59,890 nt of DNA, taken from positions 1 through 59,890 of the forward strand of contig JBMFIG010000007.1 of the NCBI GenBank assembly GCA_049976425.1, read 5' to 3'. The DNA is from Thermoproteus sp. GTDB taxonomy: Archaea > Thermoproteota > Thermoprotei > Thermoproteales > Thermoproteaceae. Positions 8,331-17,241 of this stretch are shown piece by piece (within the stretch, counting starts at the first letter, position 1; every line of letters starts with the position of its first letter). The notes beneath the pieces were generated by a model. It saw nothing but the letters and a program-made list of their open reading frames with translations. It was not told the origin of the DNA and did not search any database. A program made the translations under genes and the position numbers.

Positions 8331-9788
8331 GTGATAGTCTCGGTGGCGCCTGAGCTGGCGCTGGACGGGAGCAAGAACTACGCAGGGGGGCTCGGCGTGT
8401 TGGAGGGGGACAAGTTCTACGCCGCGGCGAGGCTCGGCGTGCCCTACACCGTCATCACTCTGCTCTACGACAAGGGCTACGTCCGCTATAGGGAGGAGAA
8501 CGGCCAGCTGGTGCCCGAGGGGGAGTCCCAGACCGATTTCTTGAAGTCGCTCAAGCCGGCCGGCACGTGTTGGATCGAGGTCGGCGGGGAGGACGTCGAG
8601 ATCGGGCTGTACCTCTACCAGCTCAACACGGCCACCGCCGTCTTCGTCAAGCCTCTCAGGCCAGACTGGGCCGTCAAGGCGGCCGAGAGGCTCTACGTGG
8701 AGTCCACAGACCTCGAGAGGTTTAGGAAGTACGTGATCTTGGCGAAGGCCGCGGTGCGCTACGTCGACAAGCACATAGGTTGGGACAAGGTCAAGTACTT
8801 CGACCTGCAGGAGGCCTACACGGCGTTGGTCCCGCTCGTGAGGCCCGGCGCGAGCTATAGGCTGGTCATACACACGCCGGCGCCTTGGGGCCACCCCACG
8901 TTCCCCAACCGGTTCTTCAAGCAGGAGTTCGGCTACGAGTTCGCCATGAACCCCGTCGTGCTGACCGAGATAGGCTTGGCCATGAGCAAGGAGGGCATAG
9001 TGGTCTCCAAGAAGATGCTGGACTTCGCGCTGTCCACGTTCCCCCACCACGCCGCGAAGATAAGGGCAGTCACAAACGCCGTGGAGATACCGCGGTGGAG
9101 GCACCCGGCCCTCGCGGACGTGAAGAGCCCCGACGAACTGAAGGCGGCTAGGGCCAAGGCCAAGGCCGAGGCCCTCAAGGCGCTGGGCGTCAAGACGGAC
9201 AAGCCGGTTGTCGTGTGGGCCAGGAGGCTGACGCGCTACAAGAGGCCCCACTTCATAGCGCAGCTGGTCGAGGACCTCGACACCGACGTCTTCTTCATAC
9301 TCGGCGGCAGGGCCCACCCGAACGACGACTTCGGCGTGAGGATGATGGCGGAGTTCAAACGGCTCGCATCGTCTAGGCCCAACGTGGTCTACATACCCGA
9401 CCTCTACGTGGAGAAGGCCAGATACATCGTGTGGGCCTCCGACGTGTTCACCTTCACGCCGTTCTCCGGCTGGGAGGCGTCGGGCACCTCCTTCATGAAG
9501 GCCGGGATCAACGGGATACCGCCAGTCGCCTCGAGAGACGGCGCCGTGGAGGAGGTGGTGAGGGACAGGTTCAACGGCTGGCTTTTCGGCGAGGATAGGA
9601 GGAGGCTCCTGCCGCTCGATTCACCCGAGCTGGAGAAGGAGTACGACGAGTTCAAGCGCAAGGTTGAGGAGGCGCTCGACGCCTTGAGCAACGGAAGCTA
9701 CTGGCAGATAGCGTACAACGCCTACAGGACCTTCAGCGAGTACTACTCGATGGATAGACTATTCCGCGACTACGGCTATATCGGCTAG
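8331..9788 (+). CDS. glgP: Alpha-glucan (glycogen/maltodextrin) phosphorylase, GT35
   Basis: YAGGLG, ARRLTRYKR and EASGTSFMKA (PLP lysine) motifs. Start reassigned to GTG 8331 because the track ORF's upstream part is antisense to aor. Confidence 0.88.
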   Translation: MIVSVAPELALDGSKNYAGGLGVLEGDKFYAAARLGVPYTVITLLYDKGYVRYREENGQLVPEGESQTDFLKSLKPAGTCWIEVGGEDVEIGLYLYQLNTATAVFVKPLRPDWAVKAAERLYVESTDLERFRKYVILAKAAVRYVDKHIGWDKVKYFDLQEAYTALVPLVRPGASYRLVIHTPAPWGHPTFPNRFFKQEFGYEFAMNPVVLTEIGLAMSKEGIVVSKKMLDFALSTFPHHAAKIRAVTNAVEIPRWRHPALADVKSPDELKAARAKAKAEALKALGVKTDKPVVVWARRLTRYKRPHFIAQLVEDLDTDVFFILGGRAHPNDDFGVRMMAEFKRLASSRPNVVYIPDLYVEKARYIVWASDVFTFTPFSGWEASGTSFMKAGINGIPPVASRDGAVEEVVRDRFNGWLFGEDRRRLLPLDSPELEKEYDEFKRKVEEALDALSNGSYWQIAYNAYRTFSEYYSMDRLFRDYGYIG

Positions 9789-9936
9789 GCGGCGTCCGCG
9801 TCCCCCGCGTCTTCCTACCACGCGTCGATTCCTACAGACGCCCGGCGCCATCGCTGTCCTGGCCGCCGCTCAGCCCACTGCAGTAAGAGAGATGCGGCTC
9901 TGCCCGCGGGGATCTACGGCGGGGTTGCAGGTCGCG

Positions 9937-10314
9937 TTACGGCGGTCTGGGGCCTTCTCTGTAGAGTTTGAGGCCGAATTCCGCGAGGGGGGTGAGGTGC
10001 CTCACGTTTCTAGTCCAGAGCGGCATGTTTTTCACTATGGCCGTTGCCCCTATCAGAATGTCGGCGTCACTTATGGTGACGCCGCGTCGCCTCAGCTCTC
10101 TATAGATCTCCGCGGCTCTCAGCAGTATAGAGTTGTCGTTCCAAACCACCACGAATATGTCCTCCAGCAACCTCTTCGCCCTTTCGATCTCTGTAAATCC
10201 TCTGAGGAGCTCGTATAGGGTGATCTCCGAGATGTAGTATACGCCCTCGCCGAGCTCGAGCCGGCCCTTTACGTAGTCTATTACGACGTCTGTGTCTACT
10301 AGTACCTTGACCAT
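9937..10314 (-). CDS. vapC: PIN-domain toxin (VapC-like)
   Basis: VDTDVVID, ITLYEL and DADILIGATA motifs. Overlaps the upstream small gene. Confidence 0.9.
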   Translation of the reverse strand: MVKVLVDTDVVIDYVKGRLELGEGVYYISEITLYELLRGFTEIERAKRLLEDIFVVVWNDNSILLRAAEIYRELRRRGVTISDADILIGATAIVKNMPLWTRNVRHLTPLAEFGLKLYREGPRPP

Positions 10315-10499
10315 TTAGCTTTCTCGACTTCCTCCGCCTCCAGCAACCGCGCCAGCTCCCTCCTCGCCTCTTCCCTACGCTTCCTCAATATCTCCTCGGC
10401 CATCTCGCGCAGAAACTCGTCCCACGTCTTGTCCCCCTTCAAAGCTTCCAACAACGCCTTAGTCTCGCGGGAAATCGTAATTGTGGTGCCCACATGCAA
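10299..10499 (-). CDS. vapB: Antitoxin (VapB-like)
   Basis: TTITISRETK...KGDKTWDEFL pattern, 66 aa, coupled to the PIN gene. Confidence 0.8.
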   Translation of the reverse strand: MHVGTTITISRETKALLEALKGDKTWDEFLREMAEEILRKRREEARRELARLLEAEEVEKAKWSRY

Positions 10500-10728
10500 T
10501 TTAGAATGAGCAATTTTAAGCCTTAAGCCCAGACCGCGCTCCGCGAAGCCCTAATACTGGCGTTGCCGAACAACGCCGGCTTGCCGAAACGCCGGCCGGA
10601 TCGTGGCTCACAAATCTTGTGGGCATACGCGATGCGGAGCGCCAAAGCTATGCGGCTTAGGTGGGGACTCCCCAGATAAGGCCTTGGAGGGAGGTGGCTC
10701 TATTGTTATTAAGTGGTAGCGGTAGATC

Positions 10729-12102
10729 TTGGCGATGGACGTGGTGTTGTTTTTCGAGGTGCACCAGCCCTACAGGCTGAGGCCCGACCTATACAGGGTC
10801 TTTCCCCGAATCCCGTCGTTCCAGGAGATGTTCTACCCCGAGCTGGACTCGGCCGTATTCTCGCGGGTGGCCGAGCGCGTGTACAGGAAGGCCACCGAGA
10901 TAGTTCTGGAGGCCGCCAAGGAGGTCGGTTTTAGGGCTACCTTCAGCATAAGCGGCCTGGCGCTGGAGCAGATGCGCGAGAAGGCGCCGGACGTCCTGGA
11001 GCTCTTCCGCGAGCTTGCGTCGAGGGGCTTCGAGTTCGTCGCCCAGACCTACTACCACAGCCTGGCTTGGTTCGTCGACGTCGAGGAGTTCGAGGAGCAG
11101 GTCAGGATGCAGGCAAAGGCCGTGGAGGAGTTGATAGGCTACAGGCCGACCGCCGCCGAGAACACCGAGTTCATGTACAACAACGACATAGCTTGCCGCC
11201 TGGGCCAGATGGGGTTTAGGACTGTGGTCACCGAAGGCGTCGACTGGGTCCTTGGCTGGAGATCGCCCAACTATGTCTATAGGGCCTGGGGGTGCGACGT
11301 CCGCGTCCTCACGAGGAACTACAGGCTGAGCGACGACGTGGGCTTCAGATTCGGCGCGCGGTGGTGGGATCAATGGCCCTTGACGGCGGACAAATACGCC
11401 TCGTGGCTCGAGGCCGTCCAGGGCGACCTCGTGCTCATCGCGGTCGACTACGAGACCTTCGGCGAGCACCACTGGCCTGAGTCGGGCATCCACGAGTTCC
11501 TGCGGTGGCTCCCGCGAGAGGTCGCGCGCAGGCCGAGGCTGAAGTTCGCCACCGTGTCGGAGGCCGCCGCGAGGCACGCGCCTAGGGACGTCTTCGACGT
11601 CCCTCCCTGGGCCACGATAAGCTGGGCCGACGAGAGGGACCTCTCGGCGTGGCTGGGCAACGAACTGCAACGCAACGCCTTCGCGGCGCTCAAGTGGCTG
11701 TACCCCTACGCCAAGGCCATAGGCGGGGATGTCCTACGGCTCTGGAGGCTCCTCTCGACAAGCGATCACTTCTACTACCAGGCCACCAAGCTGGGGCCGG
11801 CCGGCGAGGTCCATTCCTATTTCAGCCCCTACGGCTCCGCCTATAAGGCACACGACATATACATGAACGCCTTGGCCGCCTTGATCGCGCTTATCAGAGA
11901 GACCTGGCGCGCTGAGCACGCCGAACGGTTAAGGCTCAACGACGAGAGGTGCTTCTACGCAGGCGGCGTTAGGCTCTGCTCGCTTAAGGAGCTTAGGTCG
12001 GCCGACCGCAACTTCAAGGAGAGGTATAGGGACGACCTCCGTAGATGGCTACTCGATGTGTTTATGCTGAACGAGCGCGAGGCCGACGCCGCGCTTTCAT
12101 AA
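10729..12102 (+). CDS. Glycoside hydrolase family 57 (alpha-amylase type)
   Basis: HQP, QTYYHSL, NTE, DYETFGEH and STSDHFYY motifs. Confidence 0.92.
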   Translation: MAMDVVLFFEVHQPYRLRPDLYRVFPRIPSFQEMFYPELDSAVFSRVAERVYRKATEIVLEAAKEVGFRATFSISGLALEQMREKAPDVLELFRELASRGFEFVAQTYYHSLAWFVDVEEFEEQVRMQAKAVEELIGYRPTAAENTEFMYNNDIACRLGQMGFRTVVTEGVDWVLGWRSPNYVYRAWGCDVRVLTRNYRLSDDVGFRFGARWWDQWPLTADKYASWLEAVQGDLVLIAVDYETFGEHHWPESGIHEFLRWLPREVARRPRLKFATVSEAAARHAPRDVFDVPPWATISWADERDLSAWLGNELQRNAFAALKWLYPYAKAIGGDVLRLWRLLSTSDHFYYQATKLGPAGEVHSYFSPYGSAYKAHDIYMNALAALIALIRETWRAEHAERLRLNDERCFYAGGVRLCSLKELRSADRNFKERYRDDLRRWLLDVFMLNEREADAALS

Positions 12103-12148
12103 TACATCCAACATTAAGATATAAATTTGGAGCCTCGCGTCGGCTTTA

Positions 12149-12643
12149 GTGAAACCGGCCATGTTCTTGGCCTACCTCGACGAGTCGACGAGGGCTATGA
12201 TACTGACCAAGTTGAAGGCCATGGGCCTAAAGCCGGAGCGGCTTATGTCAGACGAGGCCGCCTTCTTCTCGGCGCTCCGGAAGGCCCTCGGCCAACACAA
12301 CTTCGAGATGCTCATGAAGGCCGCGGAGGAGCTCGACAGCACCGTCAGAAAGGCGAGGGAGGCCCTGGACGACCCAGCCGCGTTCGTTGCCGTGGCGGCC
12401 GAGGTGCCGGACGACGTCGTGGCGAGGCTGGGAGGCGCCGGATCTCTACAAGCCAATAGAGGGCTGGGGTGTCCGGAGCCTTTGGCCAAGGCGGCGGCCC
12501 TCGCCAAGGCGCTTCTCCGCTATATGCCGGAGGAGGGAGCCAGGCTGGCCCAGCTCGAGAGCAAGCTGTGGGAGGTCATGACGCGCGACTGCGCCGTCCT
12601 CTCGGCTCTGGCGAACCAGATCTACAGCGTCGAGGAGGCCTAG
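12149..12643 (+). CDS. Hypothetical helical protein
   Basis: Host-like codon usage, GATATAAAT box upstream, convergent 4-nt overlap with the next gene. Confidence 0.75.
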   Translation: MKPAMFLAYLDESTRAMILTKLKAMGLKPERLMSDEAAFFSALRKALGQHNFEMLMKAAEELDSTVRKAREALDDPAAFVAVAAEVPDDVVARLGGAGSLQANRGLGCPEPLAKAAALAKALLRYMPEEGARLAQLESKLWEVMTRDCAVLSALANQIYSVEEA

Positions 12644-13059
12644 AACCGGCGGGGATCCAGCCCGACGAACTTCACGTAGTTCTCCGCGCCGTATCTCTCT
12701 ATCACGTCTAGGGCTACGGGGATATGCCTACCGACCTTCGGAAACACCTCGAGCTCTTCGTGGTCGTTGTGGTACGTGACCACCGCTACATACCTCTCGA
12801 AACGCCGCCTATCCTTCTCCCTCAGTATATAGTCCCCGAGAGATTGTATCAATTTATGATCGGCCGCGTAGGGATGTATCTCCTTCTCGGGGAACAATGG
12901 AAATACGTAGAGATCCTCGGCCCTCGCGTGGACGTCCACCACGAAGCGGTGTAGGGCCGAGAACTCGTCCCAGAAGGCGTCGTCGGGAAGCTTGTACATG
13001 AGGGAGAAACGGACCTTGAAGACTGCGTGCTCTATCTTGAGGAGCGTTATCAGATCCAC
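12640..13059 (-). CDS. Hemerythrin-like (HHE) domain protein
   Basis: EH...HARAED..FP and DH...HNDHEE..FP repeated motifs. Confidence 0.8.
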   Translation of the reverse strand: MDLITLLKIEHAVFKVRFSLMYKLPDDAFWDEFSALHRFVVDVHARAEDLYVFPLFPEKEIHPYAADHKLIQSLGDYILREKDRRRFERYVAVVTYHNDHEELEVFPKVGRHIPVALDVIERYGAENYVKFVGLDPRRF

Positions 13060-13061
13060 GC

Positions 13062-13472
13062 CTACCTCTTCCCCCTTAAAAAATTATGCGCATCCGCCAG
13101 CACCCTCCGCGAGTTCTCGAACGTCGTCCTGGCCAGCGCCTGGCCGAACGGCAACCATACATATCCCTTGTGCTCCCACGAGATCTTGACGTCCTTGCTC
13201 CGGGCCCTCGCCAGGAAATATATAACCTTCTTCCTCACCCTCCTCCCCTCTCTGTAGTAGAAATACTCTATCTCCCTCCGGAACCCTGGCACCAGCTCTA
13301 CGTCGAGGCCCGTCTCCTCCTTTATCTCCCTCAAAGCCGTCTGCTCAGGCGTCTCGCCGGGCTCTATATTGCCTTTGGGGAAATCCCAATGGCCCCCCGG
13401 GTAGAGCAACAGGAGGTACTCCACCTCCCCGCCGCCGTCGTAGAACACCACAGCGCCAGCCGAGATCTCCAC
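13062..13472 (-). CDS. NUDIX hydrolase, Ap4A-hydrolase-like
   Basis: WDFPKG...ETPEQTALREIKEETG Nudix box and ISWEH motif. Confidence 0.92.
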   Translation of the reverse strand: MEISAGAVVFYDGGGEVEYLLLLYPGGHWDFPKGNIEPGETPEQTALREIKEETGLDVELVPGFRREIEYFYYREGRRVRKKVIYFLARARSKDVKISWEHKGYVWLPFGQALARTTFENSRRVLADAHNFLRGKR

Positions 13473-13508
13473 GACTCTCCCATTTTATTAATAGAAATCG
13501 TTAATGCC

Positions 13509-14636
13509 GTGAAGCTCTCCGAGCTGAAACCGCTCGCGCGGCAACTGGAGGCGAAGTTGCCCTACCAAGAGATGGCGGACTCGCCGGGCGTCAAGCACTA
13601 CATAGACTGGACTAAGTACGAGGGCTACGGCGCCGAGCCGCCGCCTATATCGGGCAAGGCCGCGCCTTGTGAGATCCTCGTGCTTAACGGACGATACGCG
13701 GGGGCCGGGCCTTGTAGGGGCGTCGAGGTCGAGGCCGTCGACGAGGCCCCCCTCAAGCTCATCCAGCTTGACGGCAAGATGAACGCCGCCGTGGCCTCCA
13801 GGGTGCCCGAGGTGGTCCATATACGGTTCTCGGGAACCCCCGAGGCGCCTATAGCCGTGCGGATCTATGCGCGGGGCGACCGGGCCTTTTCGGCGGCCTA
13901 TATCGTGCTCGACTTCGCCGACGGCTTTGCGGGCGACGTCTCGGTGATAGCCGAGAGCGAGGGCGACGTCCTCAACTCTGCCTTGATTGAGGGGACTGTG
14001 GGCGACGGGGCCTCGATCAACATAGCGTTCGCCTCGATCTCCGGCGGAGGGCCGCACTACTTGCTGTCGCGTATATTGGTCGGAAGTAACGCGTCGGTGG
14101 TCGCGCGGCCGCTGGCTGCCTTGGGCTCCATGAACAGCTTGATAGAGGAATATATAGTCGAGGGGGCTAAGTCCTCCGTCGACGTAGTGGGGCTGGAGGT
14201 GGGCAAGGGGAAATCGCGGGTGCACCACTACGTCTCGGCCGTCAACGACGGCGAGTATGGGAGGGGGAAGGTGAGGCTCGTCGCCATAGCCAAGGACGAG
14301 TCATGGATTGTCCAGAGGGCCTTGGGCAAGATCACCAAGAGGGGGAGGTGGAGCGAGAGCGTGGCCGAGGGCGTCACCTACATAGCGTCCAAGACCGCCG
14401 TAGCCATAACCCAGCCGATCCTCTACATAGACACGGGGGACGTCGAGGGCGCCAGACACTCGGCGGCTGACGCCTCTCTGGACGAGGAGAAGGCCTTCTA
14501 TCTAAGGGCCAGGGGCTTCTCCGAGGCGGATCTAGGCGCCTTGATAGAGCTCAGCCTCGTGGACCAATACGCCTCGTCGCTGACCGAGGGCCTCTCGCGC
14601 CTGCTCTCGCCGTACGTTGAGAGGCTCAAGGCTTGA
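13509..14636 (+). CDS. sufD: SufD/SufB-family Fe-S assembly protein
   Basis: PILYIDTGDVEGARHSA...DEEKAFYLRARG C-terminal signature. Start moved to GTG 13509. Confidence 0.8.
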   Translation: MKLSELKPLARQLEAKLPYQEMADSPGVKHYIDWTKYEGYGAEPPPISGKAAPCEILVLNGRYAGAGPCRGVEVEAVDEAPLKLIQLDGKMNAAVASRVPEVVHIRFSGTPEAPIAVRIYARGDRAFSAAYIVLDFADGFAGDVSVIAESEGDVLNSALIEGTVGDGASINIAFASISGGGPHYLLSRILVGSNASVVARPLAALGSMNSLIEEYIVEGAKSSVDVVGLEVGKGKSRVHHYVSAVNDGEYGRGKVRLVAIAKDESWIVQRALGKITKRGRWSESVAEGVTYIASKTAVAITQPILYIDTGDVEGARHSAADASLDEEKAFYLRARGFSEADLGALIELSLVDQYASSLTEGLSRLLSPYVERLKA

Positions 14637-14694
14637 GACTGTCCTCGTACCGCGGTAAAACGTAAAATATATAATAGAGTTCGCGGAGAGGGGC

Positions 14695-17241
14695 ATGAAG
14701 AAGGTTATACCGGTACTGCTGTTAATCGTTTTAGGAGTGGCGCTGGCCCATGCCTATTTGTTAGGTACAGAAAGTTTGGATATAGTTTATCAAGCAACTC
14801 AGGGCTCCGTGAACATCGTCCCAGAGAACGGAGGATCTATCTGGAGCACCCCGGCCCACTACCCGCTCATAGCCACCAACGCATACGGCGGCTGTCTCGC
14901 CATGGCCGACAGGCCGTATATCTACCAGGTCTACCTCAACACGTCTTTCCTCTACACCCTGTTGCAAGCGATAACTAGCGTTCTGCATCCCTCAGCGACG
15001 TCCTCCACCGCCAGCAACGCCTCGTACATCACGGTCATCTTGGCTAAATACTCCATAGTGTCGCTCTTCACACCCTATGGATATATGGAGTGGTCCTACG
15101 GCCTCAGCAACGCCAACATCACCGCCATAGCGACCAACTGCGTCGATGTGGCCGTCGGCACAGTCGGCGGGCGCGTGATAGTATTGGGCGAGAAGGGCGT
15201 CCTAGCTACGTACAATGTAGGCTCTCCCGTGACGTATCTAGCGTACAGCAGAGATGGGAACACCCTCTACGTGGGCACGTTCAACGGAGGTCTCTACCAG
15301 ATCTCCGGCGGCTCTCTGTCACAGCTCGCCAGCCTTAGTGGCTCCGTCTTCTACATAGGCGTGAACCCGAGGGGGGCGCCCTATGCGGTCTCGTTCTACA
15401 AGGGCGCGTTGCCCCATATATACATATGGCCTCTCGGCGTCGATCTCACCCCCGGCGCCATAACCGAGTACGGGACCAACACGCCTGCAGTGGCCGCCGC
15501 GGTGAGCCAAGACGGCTCCACGTTGGCCGTCGGCGTCTACGACGTCCTTTACGTGTATAGAGGCGGCTCCCTCTGGTACACAGCTCTATTGCCCTCCGCC
15601 CCCACGGCCATTGCTGTTTCTGGGAACGGCTCGATAGTCGTTGTGGGGACGCTCGGCGGACAGGTCGTCGTCTTCTGGAACGGCCATAGAGCGGCAGAGT
15701 GGGACGCAGGCGCCCCCGTGACCAGCGTCGCGGTTTCTTGGGACGGCTTGACCGTCGCGGTCGAGACCTGGACCGCGGTCAAGTTCCAGCGCCTCGCGAT
15801 AGGCACCGTCAAGATAGTGGACCCGGTCGCGACCATAGAGATCTCGGGCCCGGAGCCCTGCATCAACGAGACCATAGACGTGGTGTCCGGCGGCACCACC
15901 TTCACCTACAAGGTCTCCAACACGACGCAGGTCTTGCTGCCGGTGGGCTCGGTGTCCATAATCCCGCAGTACAGATACCTAACCGAGTCGTCCCGTTGCG
16001 CGCCGCTCAACAACGTCTCGTTGACGATAACCGGCAACCTACAACAGCCCATAGTGATCTACTACCAGCTCCAGTACAAGGTTTCCGTAAATCCGCCCGG
16101 CCTGGTCAGCGGGCCAACTTGGGCATCTGGCACCACCATATACGCCGCACAGCCTAGCGTCAAGGTCTTGATGTTCGGAGGGCCCGCCGGCGCGGGCACC
16201 ACGGCCGACATGACGCTGGACCACTGGCTGATAAACGGCACGCCGGTGAACATACCGGCGCCCTCCATAGCGGTGAAGATAAACGGCCCCACGACGGTGA
16301 CAGCCGTCTATAAGATAAGCGCGCCCTCTGTGGTCCAGATAAACTCAACCGCCAGGTGGGCCCTCGTGTACATAACAGCATACGACCAGTTCGGCAACCC
16401 GGTGGCCTCGGGATATTCCCCGTACGTCACCACCTATCCCATCACCACGACGGCGTACTACGTGTTGCAGTACCTTGTGTCGACCAAATGGCCGGCGACT
16501 GTGAACGGGTCCCAGTCTATTTGGGCCGACCAAGGCTCCTACGCGGCGTTCGCGGCGCCGAGCGTCTACTACTTCGATAACGGCACGCGGCTCTACTTCA
16601 GAGGATGGAGCAACGGAGAGAGCGGCAACTTCACCGCGCAGGTAATGGGCCCTATGTCGGTAGACCCCGTCTACTCCGTCCAGTACCTCGTGTCTGTTAA
16701 GTCCCCCGGCACCGTCAACGGCAAGCCGTCGGCCTGGCTCGATAGGGGCTCCGCCGCCACCCTCAACATCCCCGCGGTGCTCAACTCCTCCGGCTCTGTC
16801 AGGACCGCGTTCGCCTACTGGATCTTAAACGGCAAGGCCGGTCCGTCGACGCCTACGGCCCAAATAACCGTAAACGGCCCCGTGAACGTCACCTACGCCA
16901 CAAAGACCCAGTACCTAGTCACGTTCCAGAGCAGGTTCGGGACGCCCTCGGTATCCCAGACTTGGGCCGACGCCGGCTCCGCCATGACTGTGGAGGTGAC
17001 GCCCGCGCAGGTCTGGTCGCCTCCGCCATTGCTCTACGAGTTCAAGGGATGGGAGGCGCCTGGAGGTCAGTCCTTCAACTCGCCTACAGTTGTCATAACG
17101 GGGCCCGGCGTATACACGGCGATATGGAGCCTCAACTCAATACCCATAATAGCTATAGCCGCAGCGGCCGGAGGCGGGGCGGCCGCCTATATACTTATAA
17201 GACGCCGTAGGGCTGCCGCCGAGGTGGAGGCAGGGGTCTAG
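14695..17241 (+). CDS. Secreted, C-terminally membrane-anchored surface protein with beta-propeller (WD40-like) repeats and Ig-like repeats
   Basis: N-terminal signal peptide, repeated 'PVTxxAxSxDGxTLxVGT' blades, 'QYLVS...GTVNG...W' repeats, and a TM helix followed by RRRR. Confidence 0.8.
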   Translation: MKKVIPVLLLIVLGVALAHAYLLGTESLDIVYQATQGSVNIVPENGGSIWSTPAHYPLIATNAYGGCLAMADRPYIYQVYLNTSFLYTLLQAITSVLHPSATSSTASNASYITVILAKYSIVSLFTPYGYMEWSYGLSNANITAIATNCVDVAVGTVGGRVIVLGEKGVLATYNVGSPVTYLAYSRDGNTLYVGTFNGGLYQISGGSLSQLASLSGSVFYIGVNPRGAPYAVSFYKGALPHIYIWPLGVDLTPGAITEYGTNTPAVAAAVSQDGSTLAVGVYDVLYVYRGGSLWYTALLPSAPTAIAVSGNGSIVVVGTLGGQVVVFWNGHRAAEWDAGAPVTSVAVSWDGLTVAVETWTAVKFQRLAIGTVKIVDPVATIEISGPEPCINETIDVVSGGTTFTYKVSNTTQVLLPVGSVSIIPQYRYLTESSRCAPLNNVSLTITGNLQQPIVIYYQLQYKVSVNPPGLVSGPTWASGTTIYAAQPSVKVLMFGGPAGAGTTADMTLDHWLINGTPVNIPAPSIAVKINGPTTVTAVYKISAPSVVQINSTARWALVYITAYDQFGNPVASGYSPYVTTYPITTTAYYVLQYLVSTKWPATVNGSQSIWADQGSYAAFAAPSVYYFDNGTRLYFRGWSNGESGNFTAQVMGPMSVDPVYSVQYLVSVKSPGTVNGKPSAWLDRGSAATLNIPAVLNSSGSVRTAFAYWILNGKAGPSTPTAQITVNGPVNVTYATKTQYLVTFQSRFGTPSVSQTWADAGSAMTVEVTPAQVWSPPPLLYEFKGWEAPGGQSFNSPTVVITGPGVYTAIWSLNSIPIIAIAAAAGGGAAAYILIRRRRAAAEVEAGV

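Noticed and set aside
13086-13508. N-terminal extension of the SufD-like ORF
   Set aside because: Antisense to the NUDIX gene; a TATA-like box lies just before GTG 13509.
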